Below are positions 15,334 through 24,042 of a stretch of 47,659 bases of DNA, piece after piece. The position numbers and the translations under genes are program-made. The notes under the pieces are model-generated. The model was not told the DNA's origin and did not search any database. It worked only from the letters and a program-made list of their open reading frames with translations. Within the stretch, counting starts at the first letter, position 1. Each line of letters opens with the position of its first letter. Origin of the DNA: Clostridia bacterium (GTDB lineage: Bacteria > Bacillota > Clostridia > Peptostreptococcales > Caminicellaceae); assembly GCA_028278115.1 (NCBI GenBank), contig JANQEZ010000008.1:1-47659 (forward strand), given 5' to 3'.

Positions 15334-16041
15334 ATGGATATAAAAATTGATAACCTAAATAAGGTCTATGGAGATAAATCCGTGGTAAACATTGATAGTT
15401 TAAGCATAGATAAGGGCAAAATTTATGGGATTATCGGTCCAAATGGAGCGGGGAAAAGCACCTTGGTAAGGATAATAGCAGGACTTGAGGAAGCGACTAT
15501 GGGAAATCCAATTTACAATGGCAGAAGCCTTGATACTAAATCCATCAGAGACATCACCTATATGAGCCAAAGACCCTATCTATTTAGAACCTCCGTATTT
15601 AATAACATCGCATATCCCTTAAAGATTAGAAAATATGATAAAAAAGCTATTGAGAAGAAAGTAATAGACATAATGAAAGAATTCAAAGTATCACATTTAG
15701 AGGGTCAACTTGCCACTAGTTTATCCGGCGGAGAATCGCAAAAAGTTGCCTTGGCTAGGGCATTGGTATTTGAACCAAAAGTTTTATTGTTAGATGAACC
15801 CACCGCCAATATTGACCCCAACTCAATAGAATTAATCGAGAAAACGATTTCCAGAAGAAACAAGGAAAAAGGAATTACTGTAATACTCATAACCCATAAC
15901 ATAGGTCAAGCTAAACGCTTATGTGATAAAGTAATTTTTATGAGGAAGGGGAAAATAGATGAATACGGCGATGCTGAGAAGGTGATTCTAAACCCCAAGC
16001 AAAGTACAACCAAAAAATTTTTATCCATTTATTCAATGTGA
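15334..16041 (+). CDS. tupC: Tungstate ABC transporter ATP-binding protein TupC
   Basis: Walker A GPNGAGKST, signature LSGGESQ, Walker B LLLDEP. ATG 15334 lies 7 nt after AGGAG. Confidence 0.88.
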   Translation: MDIKIDNLNKVYGDKSVVNIDSLSIDKGKIYGIIGPNGAGKSTLVRIIAGLEEATMGNPIYNGRSLDTKSIRDITYMSQRPYLFRTSVFNNIAYPLKIRKYDKKAIEKKVIDIMKEFKVSHLEGQLATSLSGGESQKVALARALVFEPKVLLLDEPTANIDPNSIELIEKTISRRNKEKGITVILITHNIGQAKRLCDKVIFMRKGKIDEYGDAEKVILNPKQSTTKKFLSIYSM

Positions 16042-16070
16042 TTTGTAACTATAAAAAGGGGCGTAGCTTT

Positions 16071-17300
16071 ATGAAAATGTTTGAAGTCCATAGTGTTAAA
16101 GATGCAAAAATGAAAATGATTGAACACTTTAATGATTATAGACTGGAAAATGAAGAAATCCATATATCCAAGGCAGTAGGCAGGATTTTAGATGAAGATA
16201 TCTATTCAAGGCTGGATGTCCCCCACTTTAGGAGGTCTACAGTTGATGGGTTTGCTGTATTGGCAAAGGATACCTATGGTGCAAATGAGAGTCTGCCAGC
16301 CTTTTTGCAGGTCATTGGTGAAGTTCATATGGGAAAAGAGGCAGATGTAATAATATCTCCCGGCAAAACCGCCTATGTTCCTACTGGGGGAATGATACCA
16401 AGTGGAGCTGACTCTGTAGTGATGATTGAATATACCGAAAGGCTTGATGAAGAAAACATAGCCATAGGAAGACCAACTGCTTTAAAGGAAAATATAATTG
16501 ACATTGGCGACGATATAAAAATAGATGAGAAGGTTTTAAATAGAGGCTCTAGGATTAGACCTCAGGATATTGGAGTATTAACCTCCATTGGTTTAGATAG
16601 AGTTAAGCTTAGTAAATTGCCAAGGATTTCAATTATATCCACTGGAGACGAAATTCTTGCTCCCAGTGAAGAGGTGAAGCCAGGTCAAATAAGGGATATA
16701 AACACCTATACCCTTGCAGCTATGGCTGAGGAGGCAGGATGCTGTGTAACTAATAAAATAGCCTTACAGGATGAATTTGAAAAGCTAAGGGACATTGTTG
16801 AAGAGTCCATAGATAATAATGATATTGTAATAATATCCGGTGGAAGCTCAGTTGGAACTAAGGATATAACCAGTAAAGTCATAAATTCAATTGGGGAGCC
16901 TGGGGTATTTGTCCACGGAGTAGCAATTAAGCCCGGTAAACCAACCATACTTGCTAAGGTTAAAAATAAAGCAGTTTTCGGACTGCCGGGGCAGCCTGTA
17001 TCGGCTATAGTTGTATTTAAAGTATTTGTTGAGTATTTTATAAAGCATATTCAGGGTATAGATACAGATATAGAGTATACAGTAGATGCAATCTTTTCAT
17101 CAAATATACATTCCGCCCAAGGAAAAGAAACCTATCAAATGGTTACTATAGAGAAAGATGGAGGCGAATATCTGGCTGCACCTGTCTATGGAAAATCAGG
17201 AATGATTTCTTTGATGTCTAGAGCAGCAGGATATATCAAAATTGAGGCTGATAAAGAAGGGATAGTTAAGGGCGAAAAAGTTAAGGTCACAAGAATTTAA
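16071..17300 (+). CDS. moeA: Molybdopterin molybdenum/tungsten-transferase MoeA
   Basis: MoeA N-domain (RRSTVDGFAV), MoCF-binding domain (STGDE...GGSSVG) and GKP...GLPGQPVSA. Start at ATG 16071. Confidence 0.88.
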   Translation: MKMFEVHSVKDAKMKMIEHFNDYRLENEEIHISKAVGRILDEDIYSRLDVPHFRRSTVDGFAVLAKDTYGANESLPAFLQVIGEVHMGKEADVIISPGKTAYVPTGGMIPSGADSVVMIEYTERLDEENIAIGRPTALKENIIDIGDDIKIDEKVLNRGSRIRPQDIGVLTSIGLDRVKLSKLPRISIISTGDEILAPSEEVKPGQIRDINTYTLAAMAEEAGCCVTNKIALQDEFEKLRDIVEESIDNNDIVIISGGSSVGTKDITSKVINSIGEPGVFVHGVAIKPGKPTILAKVKNKAVFGLPGQPVSAIVVFKVFVEYFIKHIQGIDTDIEYTVDAIFSSNIHSAQGKETYQMVTIEKDGGEYLAAPVYGKSGMISLMSRAAGYIKIEADKEGIVKGEKVKVTRI

Positions 17301-17310
17301 ATGAGGGAAT

Positions 17311-17413
17311 TTCATAATTCTGACTTGGCAAAATTGCATAATATGCGAATATTTTCATTAAATAGAGTATTTAAAATAGAAAATATTTCGATGGTATAGC
17401 TATAGGGATTCTA
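17311..17413 (+). repeat. Family-D intergenic repeat, copy D1
   Basis: Aligns over about 100 nt with the reverse complement of 32037-32141. Shared blocks are CATAATTCT.ACTT.GCA, ATAATATGC.AATATTTTC and GATGGTATAGCT.TAGGGA. Confidence 0.75.
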
Positions 17414-17475
17414 AAACTATATATAGTAGTAAGTTTTTCAGGATGGCAATTATGCAATTTGCTCAATTAAAAATT

Positions 17476-17517
17476 TAGAATTAAGAATGAAGAATGAAGA
17501 ATGAAGAATTAAAGAAG
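17476..17517 (+). repeat. Heptanucleotide tandem array (AAGAATG-type, 6 units) in the left arm of a long AT-rich hairpin
   Basis: TAGAATT AAGAATG AAGAATG AAGAATG AAGAATT AAAGAAG. A partly complementary arm AATTCTTAACTCTTAATT lies at about 17575-17595. Confidence 0.8.
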
Positions 17518-17617
17518 CCCCAGAAGAAGTTTTATTGGAGACTAAAGAATTATATTTCTGCCAGTTTTTTAATTTTTAATTCTTAACTCTTAATTAGTTA
17601 AGTGGAGGTTGTTTTCA

Positions 17618-19540
17618 ATGAAAGATTTTGAGAGAAATGTCTATCTTTCCAATGTGGAGCTTGAAGAAGCTAAAAAGATGTTTTTTAATGAAATAAATGA
17701 TGTAATAAGCAATCTAAAGACTAAAAACATAAGTGTCTATGATTCCTTAGATAGAATTACTTCTGAGCCTGTATTTGCTAAAATTTCCTCACCCTTTTTC
17801 AACGCTTCGGCAATGGATGGAATAGGGGTTAAGTCAAAGGAAACCTATGGCGCAGATGAAAGAACTCCTAAGAAACTTATCTTAAAGGAAGACTTCAATT
17901 ATATTGACACTGGAGATGTAATAGAAGAACCATATGATGCGGTGGTAATGATTGAGGATGTTATACCCATTGATGAGGAATCAGTACAGATAATTAAGGC
18001 AGTATCCCCCTGGCAGCATGTAAGACCAATGGGAGAAGATATAGTTGCAAGTGAAATGATTCTACCGGCGTACCATAAAATAACACCAGTTGATATAGGA
18101 GCATTGCTTAGTGGCGGAATAGTTGAGATAGAAGTTTTAGAAAGACCAAGGGTAGGCATATTAGCAACTGGTACTGAATTAATAGAGCCCGATGATGAAA
18201 TAAAACCTGGAAAGATAATTGATTCCAACTCTAGGATGTTTGAAGCTATGGTAAAGTCCTATGGTGGAGAACCTAATAGATATAGACCAATACCAGATAA
18301 TTATAATCTGATAAGGGATATGATTTTAAAGGCTGCACAAGAAAACGATATAGTTGTAATAAATGCAGGATCATCGGCTGGTATGGAGGATTATACATCT
18401 AAGATAATTAGTGAGATTGGAAAGCTCATCCTTCATGGTGTAGCAATAAAGCCAGGAAAGCCGGCAATATTAGGAAAGGTAAATAATAAACCCGTAGTTG
18501 GAATACCGGGATATCCTGTATCGGCATATATAGTTTTTGAAGCCTTCGTCAAACCTATAATTTATAAGTATCAAAAATATAAAGATGCTAGAAAACAGAG
18601 TGTTGAAGCTGTGTTATCAAAGCGTATTATGTCATCCCTTAAGCATCTAGAATTTGTTAGGATGAAGCTTGGCAAGGTCAATGGAAGACTAATAGCTACC
18701 CCCCTAAATAGAGGTGCAGGGGTTACTATGTCCCTTGTAAAGGCAGACGGTATAACAAAAATTCCTAAGAATCTTGAGGGAATTGAAGCTGGACAGAGTG
18801 TTGAAGTAGAGCTTTTAAAGGACTTAGATAGCATAAATAATACAATTGTTTCCATTGGCAGCCATGATATAATAATGGATATACTGGCAAATATGCTGCA
18901 TGTAAAGCATCCAGATATTAATTTGTCTTCAGCCCATGTTGGGAGTATGGGGGGAATTATGGCAGTAAAAAGGGGTGAAGCCCATATTGCCCCGATACAT
19001 CTTTTAGATGGAGAAACCGGAAGCTATAATACTGAGTACGTAAAGAAGTATTTACGAAATATCAAAGTATCCCTTATAAAGGGAGTAAAAAGGCTTCAAG
19101 GGCTTATGGTTAAAAGGGGAAATCCTAAAAATATAAACTCTATTGAAGACTTAATAAGGGAAGACATAGTTTTTGTAAATAGGCAAAAAGGCTCTGGTAC
19201 TAGAATATTACTGGATTTTAAACTTAATAAATTAGGTATAGATACTGCTTCTATAAGGGGATATGAAAGGGAAATGACCACCCATATGACTGTTGCATCA
19301 GCCGTTTTATCGGAAACCGCCCATGTGGGACTAGGTATAAAATCGTCTGCAAAGGCTATGGGGCTTGACTTTATTCCTATTGGGGAAGAAGAATATGATT
19401 TTATCATTCCAAGTGAGTTTATGAATGATGAAAGGATTAAAGGCTTTATAGAAATATTAAAATCAGATGAATTCTCAAACAAGCTTAAAGAGCTTGGCGG
19501 CTATGTAATAGAAGAAGCGGGGAAAGTAGTGGACATATAG
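17618..19540 (+). CDS. moeA: MoeA fused to a C-terminal periplasmic-binding-protein-like domain
   Basis: The first ~405 aa are a full MoeA (SAMDGIGV, ATGTEL, AGSSAG, GKP...GIPGYPVSA). The last ~230 aa (SIGSHD...GSGTR...) resemble a type-2 binding-protein fold. Confidence 0.85.
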   Translation: MKDFERNVYLSNVELEEAKKMFFNEINDVISNLKTKNISVYDSLDRITSEPVFAKISSPFFNASAMDGIGVKSKETYGADERTPKKLILKEDFNYIDTGDVIEEPYDAVVMIEDVIPIDEESVQIIKAVSPWQHVRPMGEDIVASEMILPAYHKITPVDIGALLSGGIVEIEVLERPRVGILATGTELIEPDDEIKPGKIIDSNSRMFEAMVKSYGGEPNRYRPIPDNYNLIRDMILKAAQENDIVVINAGSSAGMEDYTSKIISEIGKLILHGVAIKPGKPAILGKVNNKPVVGIPGYPVSAYIVFEAFVKPIIYKYQKYKDARKQSVEAVLSKRIMSSLKHLEFVRMKLGKVNGRLIATPLNRGAGVTMSLVKADGITKIPKNLEGIEAGQSVEVELLKDLDSINNTIVSIGSHDIIMDILANMLHVKHPDINLSSAHVGSMGGIMAVKRGEAHIAPIHLLDGETGSYNTEYVKKYLRNIKVSLIKGVKRLQGLMVKRGNPKNINSIEDLIREDIVFVNRQKGSGTRILLDFKLNKLGIDTASIRGYEREMTTHMTVASAVLSETAHVGLGIKSSAKAMGLDFIPIGEEEYDFIIPSEFMNDERIKGFIEILKSDEFSNKLKELGGYVIEEAGKVVDI

Positions 19541-19770
19541 TAAGGCTTTTAAGTCGTTGCAGTCTTATAAGATGTGATGTTATGTCGGTTGTGGGTTACA
19601 GGCTCTTTGGTCATATCTAATTGTTCTGTTACAAAACCTTAAGTAACGTTGAAACCGTCCACAAAGTTCCTACCTAATAGATTGCAACTGACCTTTTAGG
19701 ATTTCTAAATAGGAAGTAACGTAAAGTCAAATGTTTCTGATGCAAATAATTATGTTTAGATAGATATAAC

Positions 19771-19913
19771 TATATAGATGCGTGACTGAGAAGTTTTATT
19801 TTCAATGTTTTGCTGTGAGCTGTCAGCCGTTAGCTGTTAGCCAAATAGTCATCGTAGTTTTGGGCTGTGAAATATTTCTAAAAAAGTTAAGTTTTAGGGT
19901 CACACATCTAGAG
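19771..19913 (-). repeat. Family-B MITE-like element, copy B4
   Basis: TATATAGATGCGTGACTGAGAAGTTTTATTTTCAATG...GTTAAGTTTTAGGGTCACACATCTAGAG. Confidence 0.85.
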
Positions 19914-19948
19914 TATAACCTTTGTCTTCTAAAAAAGGAGGTGTCGAC

Positions 19949-20911
19949 ATGCTTGATAATAGAGGAAGAAAAATAAACTACCTAAGAATCTCTGTAACAG
20001 ACCTATGTAATTTGAGATGTAGGTATTGTATGCCGGAAGAAGGCTTATGTAAAAAGAAGCATGAAGATATTTTGAGGATAGAGGAGATAGAGGAGATCGT
20101 TCAGGAGGCTGTGAAGCTGGGAGTAAATAAAGTGAGAATTACCGGTGGAGAGCCTTTAATTAGAAAGGGAATAATGGAGCTAATTAAAAAGGTTTCCGCT
20201 ATAGATAAGATAAAGGATATTGCCATGACTACTAATGGTGCTTTGCTTGGGAAATATGCAAAGGAGCTGAAGGAAGCTGGTTTAAATAGAGTTAATATAA
20301 GTATAGATAGTCTTGATAAAGAAAAATTTTATGAAATAACTAGAGGTGGAAATATTAGAGAGGTTCTAGATGGCATTGAAGAAGCCAAGAGGGTGGGTCT
20401 AATGCCAATTAAGCTGAATACGGTGTTGATTGGGGGCTTTAATGACGATGAAATAGAAGACTTTGTTAATCTAGCAGCTAATGAAGATATAGATGTAAGG
20501 TTTATAGAACTAATGCCTCTTGGACAGGCAAGTACATGGGCAAAGGAGCATTTTATACCTAACACAATTATTTTGGATAGATTTCCAGAATTAATTCCTC
20601 TATGCAAAGATGATAAGGGAAGCCCAGCTCAATATTATAAAATGCCAAAGGGAAGGGGTAGGGTTGGACTTATCAACCCCATAAGCAGGCATTTCTGCTC
20701 AAGCTGTAACAGAATAAGAATTACCGCTGATGGCAGGATAAAGCCTTGTCTACATTCAAACTACGAGTTAAATATAAGGAGCCTTCGTAAGCAAAATATG
20801 GAGCTCTTAGATATTCTAAAGCTTGCTGTTGAATCAAAGCCAAAGGAGCATACAATTAATAACTATGAATTTGAGCCCATAGTAAGGAATATGTACCAAA
20901 TAGGAGGATAG
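19949..20911 (+). CDS. moaA: GTP 3',8-cyclase MoaA
   Basis: Radical [16 protein letters not shown], and the C-terminal cluster motif [21 protein letters not shown] 19949 follows AGGAGG. Confidence 0.92.
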   Translation: MLDNRGRKINYLRISVTDLCNLRCRYCMPEEGLCKKKHEDILRIEEIEEIVQEAVKLGVNKVRITGGEPLIRKGIMELIKKVSAIDKIKDIAMTTNGALLGKYAKELKEAGLNRVNISIDSLDKEKFYEITRGGNIREVLDGIEEAKRVGLMPIKLNTVLIGGFNDDEIEDFVNLAANEDIDVRFIELMPLGQASTWAKEHFIPNTIILDRFPELIPLCKDDKGSPAQYYKMPKGRGRVGLINPISRHFCSSCNRIRITADGRIKPCLHSNYELNIRSLRKQNMELLDILKLAVESKPKEHTINNYEFEPIVRNMYQIGG

Positions 20912-20912
20912 A

Positions 20913-21395
20913 ATGGAATTCACACATTTTAATGAAAGCGGAAAGGCCAAAATGGTTGAAGTGGGAGATAAAGAGAATACTAAAAGAGAAGCGATTGCAA
21001 GGGGTACAATAAAAATGAATCCATTAACTCTGAAAATGATTCTTGAAGGTCAGATGAAAAAAGGAGACGTTTTATCGGTGGCTCAGGTTGCTGGGATAAT
21101 GGGGGCAAAAAAAACAAGTGAAATAATACCCATGTGCCATAATATATTTATTACAGGGGCAGATATAAAATTTGAGATTGATGAGGTCAATAACGCTATC
21201 TATATTGAAGCAAAGGCAAGGACCATAGGTAAGACAGGGATAGAAATGGAGGCTTTGAGTGCTGTTTCCATTACAGCCCTTACCATCTATGATATGTGTA
21301 AGGCTGTGGATAAGGATATGGTTATAGAGAATATAAGACTTGTAAAGAAAACCGGAGGCAAGTCCGGTGAATATATAAGGAGAGGGGAGCTTTAA
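20913..21395 (+). CDS. moaC: Cyclic pyranopterin monophosphate synthase MoaC
   Basis: 160 aa with [27 protein letters not shown] and GIEMEAL motifs. Confidence 0.92.
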   Translation: MEFTHFNESGKAKMVEVGDKENTKREAIARGTIKMNPLTLKMILEGQMKKGDVLSVAQVAGIMGAKKTSEIIPMCHNIFITGADIKFEIDEVNNAIYIEAKARTIGKTGIEMEALSAVSITALTIYDMCKAVDKDMVIENIRLVKKTGGKSGEYIRRGEL

Positions 21396-21830
21396 GTGGG
21401 GAAGGTAATTGCCATAAACATAAGTGAAAAAAAGGGTGTCCCAAAGGAAAGTATCCCAGAAGGAAACTTTATCGAGGACTTTGGACTAGAGGGTGATGCC
21501 CATGCAGGAAAGTGGCATAGACAAGTAAGCCTTTTAGGGAATGAAAGCATAGAAAAGATGAAGAAAATGGGAATTGAAGGACTATGCAGCGGCAAGTTTG
21601 CTGAAAACCTTACAACCCAGGGAATAAACCTTTATGAGCTACCCATTGGAACAAAGCTTAAAATAGGTAATACCCTTCAAGAAGTTACACAAATAGGCAA
21701 GGAATGTCATTCAGGCTGTGCCATATTTCATCAAGTCGGACAATGCATAATGCCCAAGGAAGGTATATTTACCAAGGTCCTTAAGGGTGGAAAAATTAGA
21801 GTAGGAGATGACATATCTGTTATAGAATGA
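21396..21830 (+). CDS. MOSC domain-containing protein
   Basis: 144 aa. GTG start abuts the moaC stop. Contains GLEGDAHAG and ...QVSLL, typical of small MOSC proteins found after moaC in Clostridia. Confidence 0.7.
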   Translation: MGKVIAINISEKKGVPKESIPEGNFIEDFGLEGDAHAGKWHRQVSLLGNESIEKMKKMGIEGLCSGKFAENLTTQGINLYELPIGTKLKIGNTLQEVTQIGKECHSGCAIFHQVGQCIMPKEGIFTKVLKGGKIRVGDDISVIE

Positions 21831-21971
21831 TACAGAAACTATATATAAATAGATAAGACCATAGTTTTTTTAATAAAATAGGAAGACTATGGTTGTTTTA
21901 ATGGAAAATTCAGACTTTTTCTAAAGAGTTGTGGTAAAATTTAATTGTATCCACAATAAGGGGGAAATTGA

Positions 21972-23930
21972 ATGGATAGATCAGCCAAGCATGAGACTAA
22001 AAAATACATAATACGGTCCCATGAAAGGTGTAAAAGCATGGGGGTTGACTTAAAGAGAATATATAGTAAGAGGATTATTGAAGGAGATAGGCTTCAAAGG
22101 AAACTGGAGAAAAAGAGAGAGTTAATTATTGCTGCCGAGCCATTCATGAATCAGCTATATGATTTTGTAAAGGGGTCAAATTTCTTTTCCATACTAACCG
22201 ACGAGGAAGGTTGTATTTTGAGTGTTATTGGGGATGAAGATATACTCTCAGAAGCCTTTGCACTTAAAATGATTCCGGGAGCATATATGGATGAGTCAAA
22301 CATTGGAACTAATGCAATGGGAACAGCATTAGCCGAGGGAGTACCTGTACAAGTATCGGGAAAGGAGCATTTTGTTAGAGCATACCATAGATGGACCTGT
22401 TCTGGTGCTCCCATAAGGAATTTTGATGGAAAGGTGATTGGAGCATTAGATTTAACGGGATATAGTGAAAATGTCCACTCCCATACTTTAGGCATGGTTG
22501 TTGCGGCTTCCAATGCAATTGAAAAGATGCTTTACATAAAAAAATATACCGATGATCTTAAAATAGCAAAGATATATAACGATACTATTATGGATTCCAT
22601 TCCTGCGGGAATAATGACTGTAGATTTAAATGGCAGCATAAGGTCAGTTAATAGCTATGTGACAAAAATGTTTGGCTATAGACAAGAAGATATGAGGAAA
22701 ATTAACGCATCTGATTTATTTGAAGGCTGGAAGCGGGTTAAAGGAAGCTTATGCAGTGAAGGGATATTTTTAGATGAGGATGTTTTCGTTAATTCCCGTA
22801 GAAATAAGCTTCAATTTAATCTTAGTGCTTATCCCATAATTGATGATAGGAAAAGAGTAATAAATATTATTCTTGTATTTAAAGAGGTTAAAAAAGTAAG
22901 GAAGTTAGCAAATAAAATAATGGGAAGGCAGGCTATATACACCTTTGATAAGATAATTGGTCAGAGCAAGGAACTGATGGGTACTATTGAATTTGCTAAA
23001 AAAGTTGCAGACAGCAAGTCTACCATACTAATTATGGGAGAAAGCGGCACAGGAAAAGAGATATTTGCCCAGGCTATACATAATTATAGTAGAAGAAATG
23101 AAGAGCCCTTTATAGCAATAAATTGCGGAGCTATTCCTAAAAACCTAATTGAGTCGGAGCTCTTTGGATATGAAGAAGGAGCTTTTACTGGAGCCAAGCA
23201 GGGAGGACAGCCAGGGAAGTTTGAAATCGCCGATGGGGGAACCGTATTTCTAGACGAGATTGGAGAAATGCCTCTGGATATGCAGACAAGACTACTGAGA
23301 GTAATTGAAGAAGGAACAGTAATCAGGGTGGGAGGCTCCAATGAAGTAATAGTGAATATTAGAATAATTGCTGCAACTAACAAGGCCCTTGCTGAAGAGG
23401 TTAAAAAGGGAAACTTTAGGAAGGATTTGTTTTATAGACTTAATGTACTACCCATAAGGCTTATACCATTAAGGCAGCGGAAAGAAGATATACCTCTTCT
23501 TATTGAATATTTCATGAATAGAAAATCTAAAAGGCTTAATAAAAAGAAGGTAGATGTATCTAAGGAGCATATGGAGTATTTGATGAGCTATGAATGGCCA
23601 GGTAATATAAGGGAGCTGGAAAACTTTATAGAGCTGGTTATAAATACTGAATACATTCCAATTGAGCTAGAGGATAAGGATTCTAAATTGAAGCTAGAAG
23701 AAATAATAACTGGAAATAATAATGAGTGTTATAGATTAGAGGAAGTTGAAAAGATACATATAACAAGAGTTATAAAAGTTTGCAATGGCAATATCACATT
23801 AGCTGCAAAGAAATTGGGCATAGGAAGAAATACGTTGTATAGAAAATTAAATAGATATGAAATTGATTGTTCCAAATTTGAACAGTGTTACGATATGGAA
23901 CAGTCAAAATCAATTAATATTGCGCCATAA
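21972..23930 (+). CDS. Sigma-54-dependent transcriptional activator (GAF/AcoR-like sensor, PAS, AAA+ and Fis-type HTH domains)
   Basis: AAA+ motifs GESGTGKE, ESELFGYEEGAFTGA and FLDEIGEM. C-terminal HTH AAKKLGIGRNTLYRKL. Confidence 0.9.
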   Translation: MDRSAKHETKKYIIRSHERCKSMGVDLKRIYSKRIIEGDRLQRKLEKKRELIIAAEPFMNQLYDFVKGSNFFSILTDEEGCILSVIGDEDILSEAFALKMIPGAYMDESNIGTNAMGTALAEGVPVQVSGKEHFVRAYHRWTCSGAPIRNFDGKVIGALDLTGYSENVHSHTLGMVVAASNAIEKMLYIKKYTDDLKIAKIYNDTIMDSIPAGIMTVDLNGSIRSVNSYVTKMFGYRQEDMRKINASDLFEGWKRVKGSLCSEGIFLDEDVFVNSRRNKLQFNLSAYPIIDDRKRVINIILVFKEVKKVRKLANKIMGRQAIYTFDKIIGQSKELMGTIEFAKKVADSKSTILIMGESGTGKEIFAQAIHNYSRRNEEPFIAINCGAIPKNLIESELFGYEEGAFTGAKQGGQPGKFEIADGGTVFLDEIGEMPLDMQTRLLRVIEEGTVIRVGGSNEVIVNIRIIAATNKALAEEVKKGNFRKDLFYRLNVLPIRLIPLRQRKEDIPLLIEYFMNRKSKRLNKKKVDVSKEHMEYLMSYEWPGNIRELENFIELVINTEYIPIELEDKDSKLKLEEIITGNNNECYRLEEVEKIHITRVIKVCNGNITLAAKKLGIGRNTLYRKLNRYEIDCSKFEQCYDMEQSKSINIAP

Positions 23931-23988
23931 TGGAACGGTATTTACTTTTAAACTTGGATTTCCCTTGGAAAATTCAAGTTTTTTCTAT

Positions 23989-24004
23989 TGGCATAAGTAT
24001 TGCG
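23989..24004 (+). promoter_or_regulatory. Sigma-54 (-24/-12) promoter of aor
   Basis: TGGCAT-AAGTA-TTGCG matches TGGCAC-N5-TTGCW. It lies about 40 nt upstream of the aor start and directly downstream of the activator gene. Confidence 0.8.
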
Positions 24005-24042
24005 TATATAAATATTATCTTAATCTTTAGAGGGGGAGTAAT

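Noticed and set aside
19541-19948. A second Moco riboswitch in front of moaA
   Set aside because: The region has no GCCUCCC or CCGAG/GGAAAGGA core. Most of the proximal part is repeat copy B4.
19782-19976. 64-aa + strand ORF upstream of moaA
   Set aside because: It lies almost entirely within repeat copy B4 and runs into the moaA RBS. It is a translation of repeat sequence.
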